From positions 26,774 through 90,773 of the forward strand of contig SIBS01000002.1 of assembly GCA_009695045.1 (NCBI GenBank): a stretch of 64,000 bases of DNA, read 5' to 3'. Shown piece after piece: positions 19,099 to 29,555 of this stretch; position 1 is the first letter of the stretch, and the number at the start of each line of letters is the position of its first letter. This DNA comes from Candidatus Levyibacteriota bacterium. Its GTDB lineage: Bacteria; Patescibacteriota; Microgenomatia; Levybacterales; UBA12049. Both the position numbers and the translations under genes were made by a program. The notes below the pieces were generated by a model. That model had not been told where the DNA came from and searched no databases. It was given only the letters and a program-made list of their open reading frames with translations.

Positions 19099-19905
19099 TT
19101 AAATTATTTGTCCCAAAACAACGATATTATTTATTTTCCATTATGTTGGTAAAATTTTAGTAATTAAGGTTTTTAAATTGTAAAAACTAGAAAAAGCATA
19201 TAGAGTTTTTGCATTAAGCATTTTGAATCCAGAAATTTTAAGCTCTACTTTAATCAAGTTAGTCATGTAAGTTCTTGTATGTCCGTTTAGATTTTTTTTA
19301 TTTTTTCTAACCCTTTATTTAAGGGAATAGAAATAATAATGTATCCATTTGGAGTTAACATTTTTCTAATAATTCTTAATATTTTAAAAGTTTATGAAGG
19401 GGATATATACTCCAGCACCTCAACCATTAAAGCTGCATCAAATTATTTTGGTTAATACTTCATATTATCAACAGACTTTAATTTAAAAAAATCATCAAAC
19501 TTTTTATTTAAATGTTTTATTGCATTTGGGGAAATATCATTTCCATGTAATTTAATATCTCTTTCTCCATTTTTAATTAATTTTTCAACATATTCATAGC
19601 CTGCGCCTATATCTATTATATTTTTAACGTTTTTAGGAATTAAATTATAGATTATTTTTATTCTATTTTTAGTCATAGGGTCCTCAGGTTAATAATCAGT
19701 ATTGCTATTAATTTTTTTATCCCAAAAAAATTTCAGTATTTAAATCTTTTATTTCAGCACAATATTTATTGTATAAATCTATTAGTTAACTTAATCTATT
19801 TTTTGTGGCGAAAATGTGCCTAAGGCCCTCAACTTTAAATGGATTTTTCTTACATTCAAAACAAATAAAATATTCGTTTTCCTTGAAACATATCAAGCAA
19901 TTCAT
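19099..19905 (-). pseudogene. Decayed class I SAM-dependent methyltransferase with N-terminal CxxC-CxxC
   Basis: Manual translation: MNCLICF..CFEC, NTE.FWD, IIDIGAGY, GNDIS, FDAALMVEVLEYI, PNGYIIISIP; several in-frame TAA stops and two homopolymer frameshifts. Confidence 0.8.
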
Positions 19906-20074
19906 AAAAATTATATTATCATTAAATGAGTGTGTTGATAAATTTATATTATGAAAATTATTGCATTTCTAAGATAAGTAAATGATTCATTAGGAAAGGA
20001 TCTTAATAAGTTATAAAAAAATGATGGAAATAGGTTATTGACTAATATTTTTATTAGAGATATTCTTATTTATA

Positions 20075-20665
20075 ATGAGTAAATATGTAAAATGGTTTAT
20101 AATAATATTAATTTTTATTTATTTTTTTATATTTTTTGATAAAAATATTTTTCAAAATAATACTGTTATTAGTAGGCCAATAACTGCATCAATTATTCCT
20201 CAATCAAATGATGTTCATTCCCCTGACGGTTCATTTAGCATTGTAATGCAATCAAAGGAAAGCAATAGTGGTTTTTTTACCTACGAATTTTTTATTGAAA
20301 ATATATCTGGAGGTAAAAAAAAATTACTTTTTGCAACCAGTGGAGAGGGTGGAGAATTTTGGATTACTCCAAATGCATGGTCACCAGACAATAATTATAT
20401 ATATATATTGGAAAGAAAAAATAATAAATTAAATGCAATGATTTTTAAATCATCAGGTGAAAGTTTTGCAAATGGTGATGTTTATATTGATACATCGCCA
20501 ATTTTTATTAGTCGTAGAACGGGATATGAAATAGTTGATATAACTGGTTGGGATTCTCCTACGTTATTGCATGTAGTAACAAAAAATCATCAAGATATTG
20601 GTCCTTCTTTTTGGTTTGATGTTCCAAGTAAAACTTTTATGCAATTATATAATCGTTCCCTATAG
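20075..20665 (+). CDS. Membrane-anchored hypothetical protein with TolB/beta-propeller-like motifs
   Basis: N-terminal TM; SPDG and WSPDN motifs. Confidence 0.6.
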   Translation: MSKYVKWFIIILIFIYFFIFFDKNIFQNNTVISRPITASIIPQSNDVHSPDGSFSIVMQSKESNSGFFTYEFFIENISGGKKKLLFATSGEGGEFWITPNAWSPDNNYIYILERKNNKLNAMIFKSSGESFANGDVYIDTSPIFISRRTGYEIVDITGWDSPTLLHVVTKNHQDIGPSFWFDVPSKTFMQLYNRSL

Positions 20666-21337
20666 TGTCTTTAGCATTTTTTCAGTAGCTTTTATACTTA
20701 AATCTTCGCCATTATAAATAAATTCAAATATTATTTCATTATTTTTATTATTTTTTATGTAAAGATTTTGTAATTGATTTACCGAACCCTTATCATAGGG
20801 ATTACTATAAATAGATACACTGAATTCGCTTGGAATCTCGGGTATCTTCATAAAATCATGGCGTGTTGGAGCAGTTGCTTCAAGATTAGCATCTTTAGCA
20901 ACCCAATACAGTAGAGATGCTAGATGACAAACTCCATCTCCAGCCAAGTATCCATCAGATTTAAATCCTTCTGATAAATTAAAATGTGAATTGGTCGTTT
21001 TATCTATTTTATTTTGATATTCTGGTAGAACATCATCGTGAAATGCAAAAATTTCATCAGGTTTCAATACCATGCTATACTTAAATGGTTTATTAATTTT
21101 ATCCCAATCAATATTATTTGAATCTATTTTTTTATCAGAAGTATATTTAATTGTAAGGAGAATATTTTCTTTAAAAACATTATTTACAAAAGAATTACCA
21201 TATCTATTATTTAATGAAAAAGTATGAGACGAGATCTCCTTTACTACAAATTGTTTTGGAATAATTTGTTTTACTGGTGATTCAGTAAAAAATGGAATAA
21301 ATAAAAGTGATGCAAATGTCATAATCTTTATAGACAT
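20660..21337 (-). CDS. VanW-family protein
   Basis: GDGVCHLASLLY, H-containing segment, LYIKN; N-terminal hydrophobic signal. Confidence 0.8.
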   Translation of the reverse strand: MSIKIMTFASLLFIPFFTESPVKQIIPKQFVVKEISSHTFSLNNRYGNSFVNNVFKENILLTIKYTSDKKIDSNNIDWDKINKPFKYSMVLKPDEIFAFHDDVLPEYQNKIDKTTNSHFNLSEGFKSDGYLAGDGVCHLASLLYWVAKDANLEATAPTRHDFMKIPEIPSEFSVSIYSNPYDKGSVNQLQNLYIKNNKNNEIIFEFIYNGEDLSIKATEKMLKTL

Positions 21338-21356
21338 AGTATCCTATAAGATGTAG

Positions 21357-21385
21357 ATTATACTATACTATAAGATTAATGTCAA
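21357..21385 (-). promoter_or_regulatory. Perfect-consensus sigma70 promoter for the VanW-family gene
   Basis: Minus strand reads TTGACA-17 nt-TATAAT, 19 nt before ATG, with AGGA in the leader. Confidence 0.8.
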
Positions 21386-21466
21386 GTAGTTTTTAAGCTC
21401 ATTTTAATGTTTAGGTACATAAATATCATCATTTACTTTTTAATAATAATGCTATACGCTTGAATC

Positions 21467-22174
21467 ATGCTAAGCATTGGATTAAAATCTGTATCATGGA
21501 CTCGTTCTAGTGTTATTTTATTTTTATTTATAATAGCCTTGATATGGAGAATATTTGTATATGGATTTGATTTTAAAAATAAGTGTGCTAATTCAATCAG
21601 TTGTATAAAAGATATTTCTGGAATATTTCAGATAGGGAAAAAAAATATATTTTTGTCTCGATCTATTACTTCTCTGCCATATGTATCTAATAAAAATAAT
21701 ATACATACTGTGCTTGGCAATACTACTTCAATTGGAGAAAAGCATATATTCATTGATTTAGATACGCAGCAACTTTATGCATATGAGGATAAAATACAGG
21801 TCTATGCTTTTCCTGTATCAACAGGTAAATGGGGCAAGACTCCAACTGGAACTTTTAGGATATGGATTAAAATAAGAAATGCTCATATGGAAGGAGGTTC
21901 TGGGGATGATTATTATAATCTTTATAACGTACCCTATACAATGTTTTTTTCAAATGAAAATGTTGATGCTAGTCTAGGTTTTAGCATTCATGGTGCCTAT
22001 TGGCACAATAATTTTGGTTATCCGATGAGTCATGGATGCATAAATTTACGTCCTGAAGATGCTGAGAAAATTTATGGCTGGGCTGATCCTCCAACACGGG
22101 GAATTTCTACTCATTCAACAACTAAAAATAAAGGAACATTAATTACTATTTATGGTGAGCCTCATATGAATTAA
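21467..22174 (+). CDS. L,D-transpeptidase (YkuD family), membrane-anchored
   Basis: IDLDTQQL, VSTG, TPTG, IHGAYW, SHGCINL catalytic motif. Confidence 0.92.
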   Translation: MLSIGLKSVSWTRSSVILFLFIIALIWRIFVYGFDFKNKCANSISCIKDISGIFQIGKKNIFLSRSITSLPYVSNKNNIHTVLGNTTSIGEKHIFIDLDTQQLYAYEDKIQVYAFPVSTGKWGKTPTGTFRIWIKIRNAHMEGGSGDDYYNLYNVPYTMFFSNENVDASLGFSIHGAYWHNNFGYPMSHGCINLRPEDAEKIYGWADPPTRGISTHSTTKNKGTLITIYGEPHMN

Positions 22175-22307
22175 ATATCTATTAAATTTTCCTATTTGTC
22201 TATGAATTATTTTAATATTAATCCATAGAAACTTATTTAGAATTTATTATTGTTTATTATACTTTTTGCCTATTGTATCTATAATCTAATACTATACAAT
22301 AATTTTT

Positions 22308-22967
22308 ATGCCTATTATGCCAAAAATTATTCGCTCATCACGTCTCTCTATGAGTATAAGAATTAATTTAATGGGAGAAGTTATCGTTCGAGCTCCTAAA
22401 TTTATCCCCACATTTTTAATAAAAAAATTTATCTTATCAAAGCAAAATTGGATTGATGCATCACTTAAAAAAGTAAATATTTATCATAAAAAAGAAAAGC
22501 AATATATTGAAGGTGAGGAATTTATGTATTTAGGAAATAAATACATATTTCAATTTATAGATACTGATAAAATTTTTATAAGTGATAATAAATTATTTTT
22601 TCCAAAAATATTATTATTTAGAGCAGAAAAAGAAATTAAAAATTGGTATATACGACTCGCAAAAGATAAGATTACAGAACGACTAGATCATAAAGCAAAA
22701 GAAATGGGTATGCAATATAAGAGCATTTTATTCTCTGATACTCAATCTAAGTGGGGTACATGTTGGCCAGATAATGCTTTACAATTTAACTGGAGACTTA
22801 TAATGGCGCCATTGATGGTATTGGATTATGTTGTAATTCATGAATTGGCACATACAAAAGAAAAAAATCATAGTAATAAATTTTGGAGCATAGTATCTAT
22901 ATATACTCCAGCATGGAAACAGCATAGGAAATGGCTTAATAATAACTCTTATTTATTAAATTATTAA
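22308..22967 (+). CDS. YgjP-like/M48-type zinc metallohydrolase
   Basis: VRAP, KWGTC, FNWRL, YVVIHELAH, NHSNKFW. Confidence 0.88.
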   Translation: MPIMPKIIRSSRLSMSIRINLMGEVIVRAPKFIPTFLIKKFILSKQNWIDASLKKVNIYHKKEKQYIEGEEFMYLGNKYIFQFIDTDKIFISDNKLFFPKILLFRAEKEIKNWYIRLAKDKITERLDHKAKEMGMQYKSILFSDTQSKWGTCWPDNALQFNWRLIMAPLMVLDYVVIHELAHTKEKNHSNKFWSIVSIYTPAWKQHRKWLNNNSYLLNY

Positions 22968-23013
22968 TAAATTAATCTGAATATATTATTGATGGTTTTT
23001 TATAGTTTATAAA

Positions 23014-23619
23014 TTATGTAAATGTCATTTTTTTATAAATATTACGAGTGACCTCAACATCTTTTTTGCAATATTCGCATATTTCTTTAATTCGACCATC
23101 TTCATATGCCTTAGCAACATCTTTGCCTTCCATTGCTCCACCTTTTGATGATGGAATATTCAATGCTTTCGCTAAAGAATCTAAGCTAATTTTTGCATAC
23201 TGATCCCATTTTGCCCATTCCTTCATGAGATCATACATGGGATTATTTCGATATCTGGCAAAAGTAAGATCCCTGGTAGGTTTTACTTCATTTATAATAG
23301 ATCTTTGATAAATAAATCTCATATCAAAATCTATAATATTGAAACCAACAAATAACTCAATTGTTTTAGCTATATCCCAAAATTGTTGGAGCATCTCTTT
23401 TTCAGTACCGCAAATTATTTGTATTTGACCATCATTAATAGCATAAGATATGCAAGCTATTCTCCCAAAAGCACCATCAAAACTAGTTTCTGCTATAAAT
23501 AGATCCAATTCTTTTACTTGCTTTCCATCATCAATTTTTTTTTGATGAATCTCAGCAAGCATAACATGCTTATTTTTATCTGCTGGTAGAGTTTCAATAT
23601 CAAAATATAATATATTCAT
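23014..23619 (-). CDS. Stand-alone DEDDy 3'-5' exonuclease (PolB-exonuclease-like)
   Basis: ExoI FDIET, ExoII GFNIIDFD, ExoIII YCKKDV. Confidence 0.85.
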   Translation of the reverse strand: MNILYFDIETLPADKNKHVMLAEIHQKKIDDGKQVKELDLFIAETSFDGAFGRIACISYAINDGQIQIICGTEKEMLQQFWDIAKTIELFVGFNIIDFDMRFIYQRSIINEVKPTRDLTFARYRNNPMYDLMKEWAKWDQYAKISLDSLAKALNIPSSKGGAMEGKDVAKAYEDGRIKEICEYCKKDVEVTRNIYKKMTFT

Positions 23620-23625
23620 TATATT

Positions 23626-23654
23626 AGTATATAAATTTTTATACGAGTAATCAA
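23626..23654 (-). promoter_or_regulatory. Putative leaderless sigma70 promoter for the exonuclease gene
   Basis: TTGATT-17 nt-TATACT, 6 nt before ATG. Confidence 0.65.
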
Positions 23655-23730
23655 GTTAATTTTAAAAAATAGTTTACATTGTTAATATAGTTCTTTATAA
23701 ATATTAATAATACCGTATAATATATTTATT

Positions 23731-24735
23731 ATGAATAATAATCGTTTTAATAATATAGATTTTATTCGAGCAATTGCAATTATCTGTGTTATCGCTACCC
23801 ATGTATATTCTCGTCATTTATTTGGTGAATTTAATATCTTAATTTGGAATTATTTACATTTTACTATTTTTATGTTTATTTTTTGTTCTGGCTACGTATT
23901 ATCATTGCGATATGAATTTGAATTTAATTCATGGAAACAAATACTCTCTTGGTATTTTAAAAGATCTCAAAGATTAATTATTCCATTTTATTGTTACCTT
24001 TTTGTACATTATTTATTATGGTATTTATTTCCACAATTTTTTGATGGCTTAGAATTAAATAATTCATTTAATTTTATAGTTCAATCAATTTTTCTAACAG
24101 GAGGAGTAAATGCTAATTGGTTGGTTCTGCTTTTTATACAGCTTACAGTCTTATTACCTTTACTTACAAAAATATATATTAAAAAAATTATAATAATATT
24201 TTATATTTTATTTTCTACATTTTTTACAATATATATTACTTTTATTCCATTTTCATATAATTTATCTCGTTATGTAATGTGGATACCGTGGTCATTAGCA
24301 TTATTGTTTTCCATTTACGCATCTAGGAATAAGATAAGTAATAAGAAATACATATCTCTGGCGATATTGTCAGGCATATTATTTTATTTATTTAATTTTT
24401 TACATCCATTTAATAAGTCTCTTTCTCTTTATGACCATAAATATCCATCAGATTTATATTATTTATCATATGAATTTTTTATTACATTTATTTTATTATC
24501 AATTAGCCAATCTTCATATTTGAAAAATTCATTTTTACAAAAATCATATGAATATATCAGTCATAAATCTTATTCTTTATATTTTATTCATTATATTGTT
24601 TTAGATTTTATATTTAAAGTAACAAATAATTATTATTTATTTTCAAATATTTTTATCCAATTTTTATTAATTTTATCTATAAGTCTTTTTACATGTTGGT
24701 TATTAGATAAATTATCTCGAATATTATTAATTTAA
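23731..24735 (+). CDS. Acyltransferase family 3 (OafA/OatA-like membrane O-acyltransferase)
   Basis: IDFIRAIAIICVIATH, FIFCSGY, KRSQRLIIP, SYSLYFIH; about 10 TM segments. Confidence 0.88.
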   Translation: MNNNRFNNIDFIRAIAIICVIATHVYSRHLFGEFNILIWNYLHFTIFMFIFCSGYVLSLRYEFEFNSWKQILSWYFKRSQRLIIPFYCYLFVHYLLWYLFPQFFDGLELNNSFNFIVQSIFLTGGVNANWLVLLFIQLTVLLPLLTKIYIKKIIIIFYILFSTFFTIYITFIPFSYNLSRYVMWIPWSLALLFSIYASRNKISNKKYISLAILSGILFYLFNFLHPFNKSLSLYDHKYPSDLYYLSYEFFITFILLSISQSSYLKNSFLQKSYEYISHKSYSLYFIHYIVLDFIFKVTNNYYLFSNIFIQFLLILSISLFTCWLLDKLSRILLI

Positions 24736-24789
24736 TTATAATAATATTATCTAATATATTTTTATTTTTTTTTATATTATAATAGTCTA

Positions 24790-25683
24790 ATGAATAAAAA
24801 AGCAAAATTAAAAAAAAATAAAAATAATTATCTTCGTAATTTAAATTATAATCAAGCAATATTTTTTATATTATTTTTAATTATTATTTATATCTTTAAT
24901 ATAGTTAAAAGTAATATTAATTATTTTAAATCAAAAATTAAGCCTCATATTGCTAAGGGAACAATTGCCTCAGTTAATCAACCCTTATCTAGTATTAGAT
25001 TACCAATTTTTTTATATCATTATGTTGAGTATGTAGCTGATCAAAACGATACTATTCGTAAATCACTTAATATTCAACCATGGGTATTGGAAAAGCAAAT
25101 ACAGACACTTAAAGATGCTGGATATAATTTTATTACTCCTTCTGAGGCAATACAAATGCTTAATGGAAATATCCCACTCGTTATTAAACCAATTATTCTC
25201 TCATTTGATGATGGATATAGGGATTTTTATACTGATGTTTTCCCAATTATTAAAAAAGAAAAAGTAAGAGCAATTGTATACATTGTGCCTGGATTTATCG
25301 ATAAAATAAATTTTATGTTCAGGAATCAGTTAGAGGAAGTTGCTGATAGTTCATTAATAGAAATCGGCGCACATACAGTAAATCATGTTTGGCTTAAGGG
25401 GCTTGAGGCACATCATATTAAGAAAGAGATTGTAGAAAGTAAATTATTGCTAGAGGACTCTATTCATAGAAAAGTTGTATCATTTGCATATCCATATGGG
25501 GCTTTTGATGATCAAATATCAAAAATAGTAAAAGAAGCTGGTTTTACATCTTCAGTATCAACCATCTCTGGAATTGAAGCTACTCACTTAAATAAATTTT
25601 ATCTTTTTAGATTGCGACCCGGTAATCGTATTGGAAAGTCATTAATTGATTGGTTAGATCAATCTGTATTTTATTCATGGTAA
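24790..25683 (+). CDS. Polysaccharide deacetylase (NodB/IcaB-like), membrane-anchored
   Basis: LYHYV, SFDDGY, GAHTVNH, FAYPYG. Confidence 0.9.
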   Translation: MNKKAKLKKNKNNYLRNLNYNQAIFFILFLIIIYIFNIVKSNINYFKSKIKPHIAKGTIASVNQPLSSIRLPIFLYHYVEYVADQNDTIRKSLNIQPWVLEKQIQTLKDAGYNFITPSEAIQMLNGNIPLVIKPIILSFDDGYRDFYTDVFPIIKKEKVRAIVYIVPGFIDKINFMFRNQLEEVADSSLIEIGAHTVNHVWLKGLEAHHIKKEIVESKLLLEDSIHRKVVSFAYPYGAFDDQISKIVKEAGFTSSVSTISGIEATHLNKFYLFRLRPGNRIGKSLIDWLDQSVFYSW

Positions 25684-25989
25684 ATTATTTTATAATTTGA
25701 CGATATTTTCCCAAGTAAATTAAATTCTTCCAAAATGGCCATATGAAGCAGTTGATAAATAAATAGGTCTACGTAGATTAAGACCTTTAATAATTCCCTC
25801 CAACGATGTGTCTAAAATTTTACTTACGAAATTATTTATCATATTAGGAGATGATCTTGATGTATTAAAAGTTTCTACTTCTTACATAAGTGTTTTTATG
25901 CTTGCTAAAAAAATACTCCAATAACCCCTGATTTAACAAAAAAATTACATCATTTACTCATGAATAAGATAGAATTTAAATATTTAGGT

Positions 25990-26667
25990 TAATTTCGCGA
26001 TAACCCCGTCTTCGTTGGGCATCGTACAAAAGAGGAAATTGTTGTAAAACATAATCCTCCATTTCATACTAGGCAAGAGATTGAGACTGCATTAATTGAA
26101 TTATTTGATTAGCTTATGAGTCAAGATGATTTGCATCCATTGATAAAGGCAGGGGTTTTTCATCATCAGTTTGTATCCATGCACCCTTTTTTAGATTGTA
26201 ACGGACGCCTTACTAGGATTCTTACTGAATATTATTTATTATTAAAAAATTATGAAGTTGCTAAATACTTTATACTAGATGATTATTATGATATGGATAG
26301 GCATCTGTATTCCGATAAGTTACATACTGCAGATCAGGGAGATAAAACAACTTGGCTTTAATATTTTTTAGAAGGTATTGGTCACTCCCTAAAGCCTGCA
26401 ATTGCTATAATAAATGAATTGAAAAGATTTAATATGGAAGATATAACTGGAGAGAAAAGAGTGCTTGTAACCAATAGGGAAGAAGAGGTATTGGAGATTG
26501 TAATAAATAAAAAAGCTGTAAAAACTACAGATATACAAGAGAATCTTTCAGTAACCCGTCAACAGGCTCATTCCTTGCTAGCTTCATTAGTTAGGAAAGG
26601 GTTACTTTGTAAGTTTGGAAAGACAAAAAAAAGTTATTATAAATTAGTAACTAAATTAAATAACTAA
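25990..26667 (+). pseudogene. Fragmented Fic-domain protein with C-terminal HTH (5' boundary approximate)
   Basis: Frame runs FRDNPVFVG..HNPP through TAG (26109) and TAA (26359) stops; HPFLDCNGRLTR is the Fic motif with G>C; winged-helix-like tail. Confidence 0.82.
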
Positions 26668-26714
26668 TAATTCATTCAAAATAAATATCTGATTAATCTA
26701 TCCGTATAGCATAC

Positions 26715-26743
26715 TTGAAGAAAAATTAGGTTTAAGATACAAT
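26715..26743 (+). promoter_or_regulatory. Putative leaderless sigma70 promoter for ileS
   Basis: TTGAAG-17 nt-TACAAT, 7 nt before ATG. Confidence 0.65.
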
Positions 26744-26750
26744 TGAAGCT

Positions 26751-29555
26751 ATGTTTAAGTCTGTAAATCCGCAAGTAGATTTTCCAAAACAAGAAGAAGA
26801 AATACTTGAATTTTGGAAAAAAAATAAAATATTTGAAAAATCATTAGATAAAGATGCGCCGAATGGAAAATGGACATTTCTTGATGGCCCACCTTTTATT
26901 ACAGGTCTTCCGCATTATGGAACATTACTTGTAAGTATTCCTAAAGATGTTTTTCCTCGATTTTGGACAATGCGTGGATATATGGTAAGACGTGTTTGGG
27001 GATGGGATGTTCACGGATTGCCTGCTGAAAATAAAGTAGAAGTTAAGCTGGGCATTGAACGCAAAAAAGATATAGAAGAAAAGATTGGAATTAAGCAATT
27101 TATAGATGAATGTCGTAATTACGTAAGTGAATCTTCAAGGGAATGGGAATGGTATATTGATCATATCGCAAGATGGGTTGATTTTAAAAATGCTTATAAA
27201 ACAATGGATATTTCCTATATGGAATCTGTGATGTGGGTTTTTAAGCAAATGTATGAAAAAGGATATATATATAAGGGACTTCGTGTCTCTCTATATTGTC
27301 CACATTGCTCAACTCCAATCTCTAATTTTGAAGTTGCAATGGATCCTGACAATTATAAAGAGATTACAGAGGCATCAAATACTTATAAATATCAACTTGT
27401 TGAGAGTAGTGATACCTATTTACTTGCATGGTCAACTACGCCGTGGAATAAATTAGTTACATCAGCTCTTGCTGTAAATTCAAAGTTGGATTATGTTAAG
27501 GTCGAACAAGGTAAAGAAAAATATATCTTGGCAAAATCAAAAATAAAAATTTTAGTAGGTGAATATAAAATTATTCAAGAAATAAGTGGTATTGATCTTA
27601 TTGGTCTCTCCTTTGTGCCACATTATGATTTTTATACCATTGATAGTGATAAAAAAGCATTTATAATTGTTGATGGTGATTTCGTTACTGCGGAAGAAGG
27701 AACTGGAATAGTCACTATAGCGGCTTATGGTGAAGAAGATTTAGTTGTTATGCAAAAAGAAAATATTCAAATAATGCTACATGTTGATGATGAAGGAATG
27801 ATTAAAAAAGAAATTCCAAAATGGAACGGAATGTATTACCTAAAGGTAAATAAATTAGTAAATGAAGATTTAGTAAATAGAGGACTAATGTATAAGGAAG
27901 AAGACTATATTCATAAAATTCCTACGTGCTGGCGATGCCATACTAGGCTTATATACGCTCCTCAAAATGCTTGGTATGTTAATGTTCAAATTCTTAAGGA
28001 TAGGATGAGAAAAAATAACGAAGAAGTAAATTGGTTTCCTAAGCACTTTAAAATGGGTCGTTATTTAAAAAGTTTGGAGTCAGCACCAGATTGGTGTATT
28101 TCAAGAAGTAGGTATTGGGGTTCCCCTGTTCCAGTATGGGAGTGTGAATGCGGAGAGCGAATTGTTCCTGGATCAATTGCTGAGCTAGAAGAATTTTCTG
28201 GTAAAAAAATTACTGATTTACATAAGCCTGAAATTGATCAGATAACAATACTTTGTAATAAATGCAAATCTATTACAAAGAGAGTTCCTGAAGTTTTGGA
28301 TAGTTGGATAGAGGCTGGTTCAGCGTCGTTTGCAGAACGTCATTATCCATTTAATGAAAAGGTTAAATTTGCTGATTTCTTCCCTCCAGATTTTATCACT
28401 GAGTATACGGGACAAATTAGAGCTTGGTTTTATGTTTTACATGTTATATCAACTGCCCTATATGATTCAATGGCATTTAAGAACGTTGTTGTAACTGGTG
28501 TAATACTGGGTACCGATGGTAGAAAGATGAGTAAAAATCTAGGAAATTATCCTGATCCAAAAGAGTTATTACAAAAATATGGTGGCGATGCATTACGCCT
28601 TTACCTTATGGGGAGTCCAGTAATGCATGGGGAAGACATGGTTATTTCTGAAGATCAGTATCGAAATCAGATAAAGAATTTTTTATTAGTTTTATGGAAT
28701 ATATATAATTTTTTTGTTTCATATGCATTAATTGATAAGTGGGAGCCAAGTAATTTTAGCAAAGATAATTTAAATATATTGGATAAATGGATATTATCAA
28801 AGCAACAGGATCTTATTATGGAATTAACAGCTTCCTTAGAGGAATATGATACAATGACGGCAATTAATAAAGCTAAGTTATTTATTGATGATTTTTCAAT
28901 GTGGTATATTCGACGAAGTAGAGAGCGAATAGGTCCAAGTGCAAAATTTATATTAGAAAAAAAATCTTTTTATAATACTTGCTACAAAGTATTAACCACA
29001 TTATGTAAACTATTGGCTCCAATCGCTCCTTTTGTTACTGAGGCGATGTATAAAAATCTTACAAATGAGGAATCCGTGCACTTATCTAATTGGCCTCAGT
29101 ACGAATCTTTATTAAGAGATAAGGGGTTAGAGGAGGAAATGGAACGAGCTCGTAAAATAGTAGAAAGAGCGCATGCTCTTCGTAAAGAGCACTCTATAAA
29201 AGTAAGAATTCCATTAAGGAATCTTAATTATTCTGGTCCATTTAAATTAAGTGAAGAAATTAAATTAATAGTGCTTGATGAAATAAATGTTCTAATTCTA
29301 AATTATTTAGGCAAGACAAATGATTATATTGTATCCGGTGAAATGAATGAAGAAAATCAAGATATTATTGCAGGAAAAGCTAGGGATATTATTCGAAGCA
29401 TTCAAGAGGAGAGAAAAAAATTAGGAACTAGAATTGATGAGGAAGTTGATGTTGTTTTACCAAATTGGCCAATTGAATTAGAAAGTGAGATAAAAAGAAA
29501 AGCATTAATTAAATCACTTTCTAAGGGTGATACACTGACTGTAATTAGATTATGA
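26751..29555 (+). CDS. ileS: Isoleucine--tRNA ligase, type 2
   Basis: DGPPF.TGLPHYG, GWDVHGLPAE, WCISRSRYWG, KMSKN; lacks the type-1 C-terminal zinc finger. Confidence 0.95.
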   Translation: MFKSVNPQVDFPKQEEEILEFWKKNKIFEKSLDKDAPNGKWTFLDGPPFITGLPHYGTLLVSIPKDVFPRFWTMRGYMVRRVWGWDVHGLPAENKVEVKLGIERKKDIEEKIGIKQFIDECRNYVSESSREWEWYIDHIARWVDFKNAYKTMDISYMESVMWVFKQMYEKGYIYKGLRVSLYCPHCSTPISNFEVAMDPDNYKEITEASNTYKYQLVESSDTYLLAWSTTPWNKLVTSALAVNSKLDYVKVEQGKEKYILAKSKIKILVGEYKIIQEISGIDLIGLSFVPHYDFYTIDSDKKAFIIVDGDFVTAEEGTGIVTIAAYGEEDLVVMQKENIQIMLHVDDEGMIKKEIPKWNGMYYLKVNKLVNEDLVNRGLMYKEEDYIHKIPTCWRCHTRLIYAPQNAWYVNVQILKDRMRKNNEEVNWFPKHFKMGRYLKSLESAPDWCISRSRYWGSPVPVWECECGERIVPGSIAELEEFSGKKITDLHKPEIDQITILCNKCKSITKRVPEVLDSWIEAGSASFAERHYPFNEKVKFADFFPPDFITEYTGQIRAWFYVLHVISTALYDSMAFKNVVVTGVILGTDGRKMSKNLGNYPDPKELLQKYGGDALRLYLMGSPVMHGEDMVISEDQYRNQIKNFLLVLWNIYNFFVSYALIDKWEPSNFSKDNLNILDKWILSKQQDLIMELTASLEEYDTMTAINKAKLFIDDFSMWYIRRSRERIGPSAKFILEKKSFYNTCYKVLTTLCKLLAPIAPFVTEAMYKNLTNEESVHLSNWPQYESLLRDKGLEEEMERARKIVERAHALRKEHSIKVRIPLRNLNYSGPFKLSEEIKLIVLDEINVLILNYLGKTNDYIVSGEMNEENQDIIAGKARDIIRSIQEERKKLGTRIDEEVDVVLPNWPIELESEIKRKALIKSLSKGDTLTVIRL

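Noticed and set aside
19099-19905. TAA stop-codon reassignment suggested by many in-frame TAA codons
   Set aside because: The same gene also has frameshifts, and TAA is the normal terminator of most intact genes; decay is the simpler explanation
22995-23025. dif-like TTATGTAAAT arm
   Set aside because: No matching XerC arm; coincides with the exonuclease stop codon in AT-rich sequence
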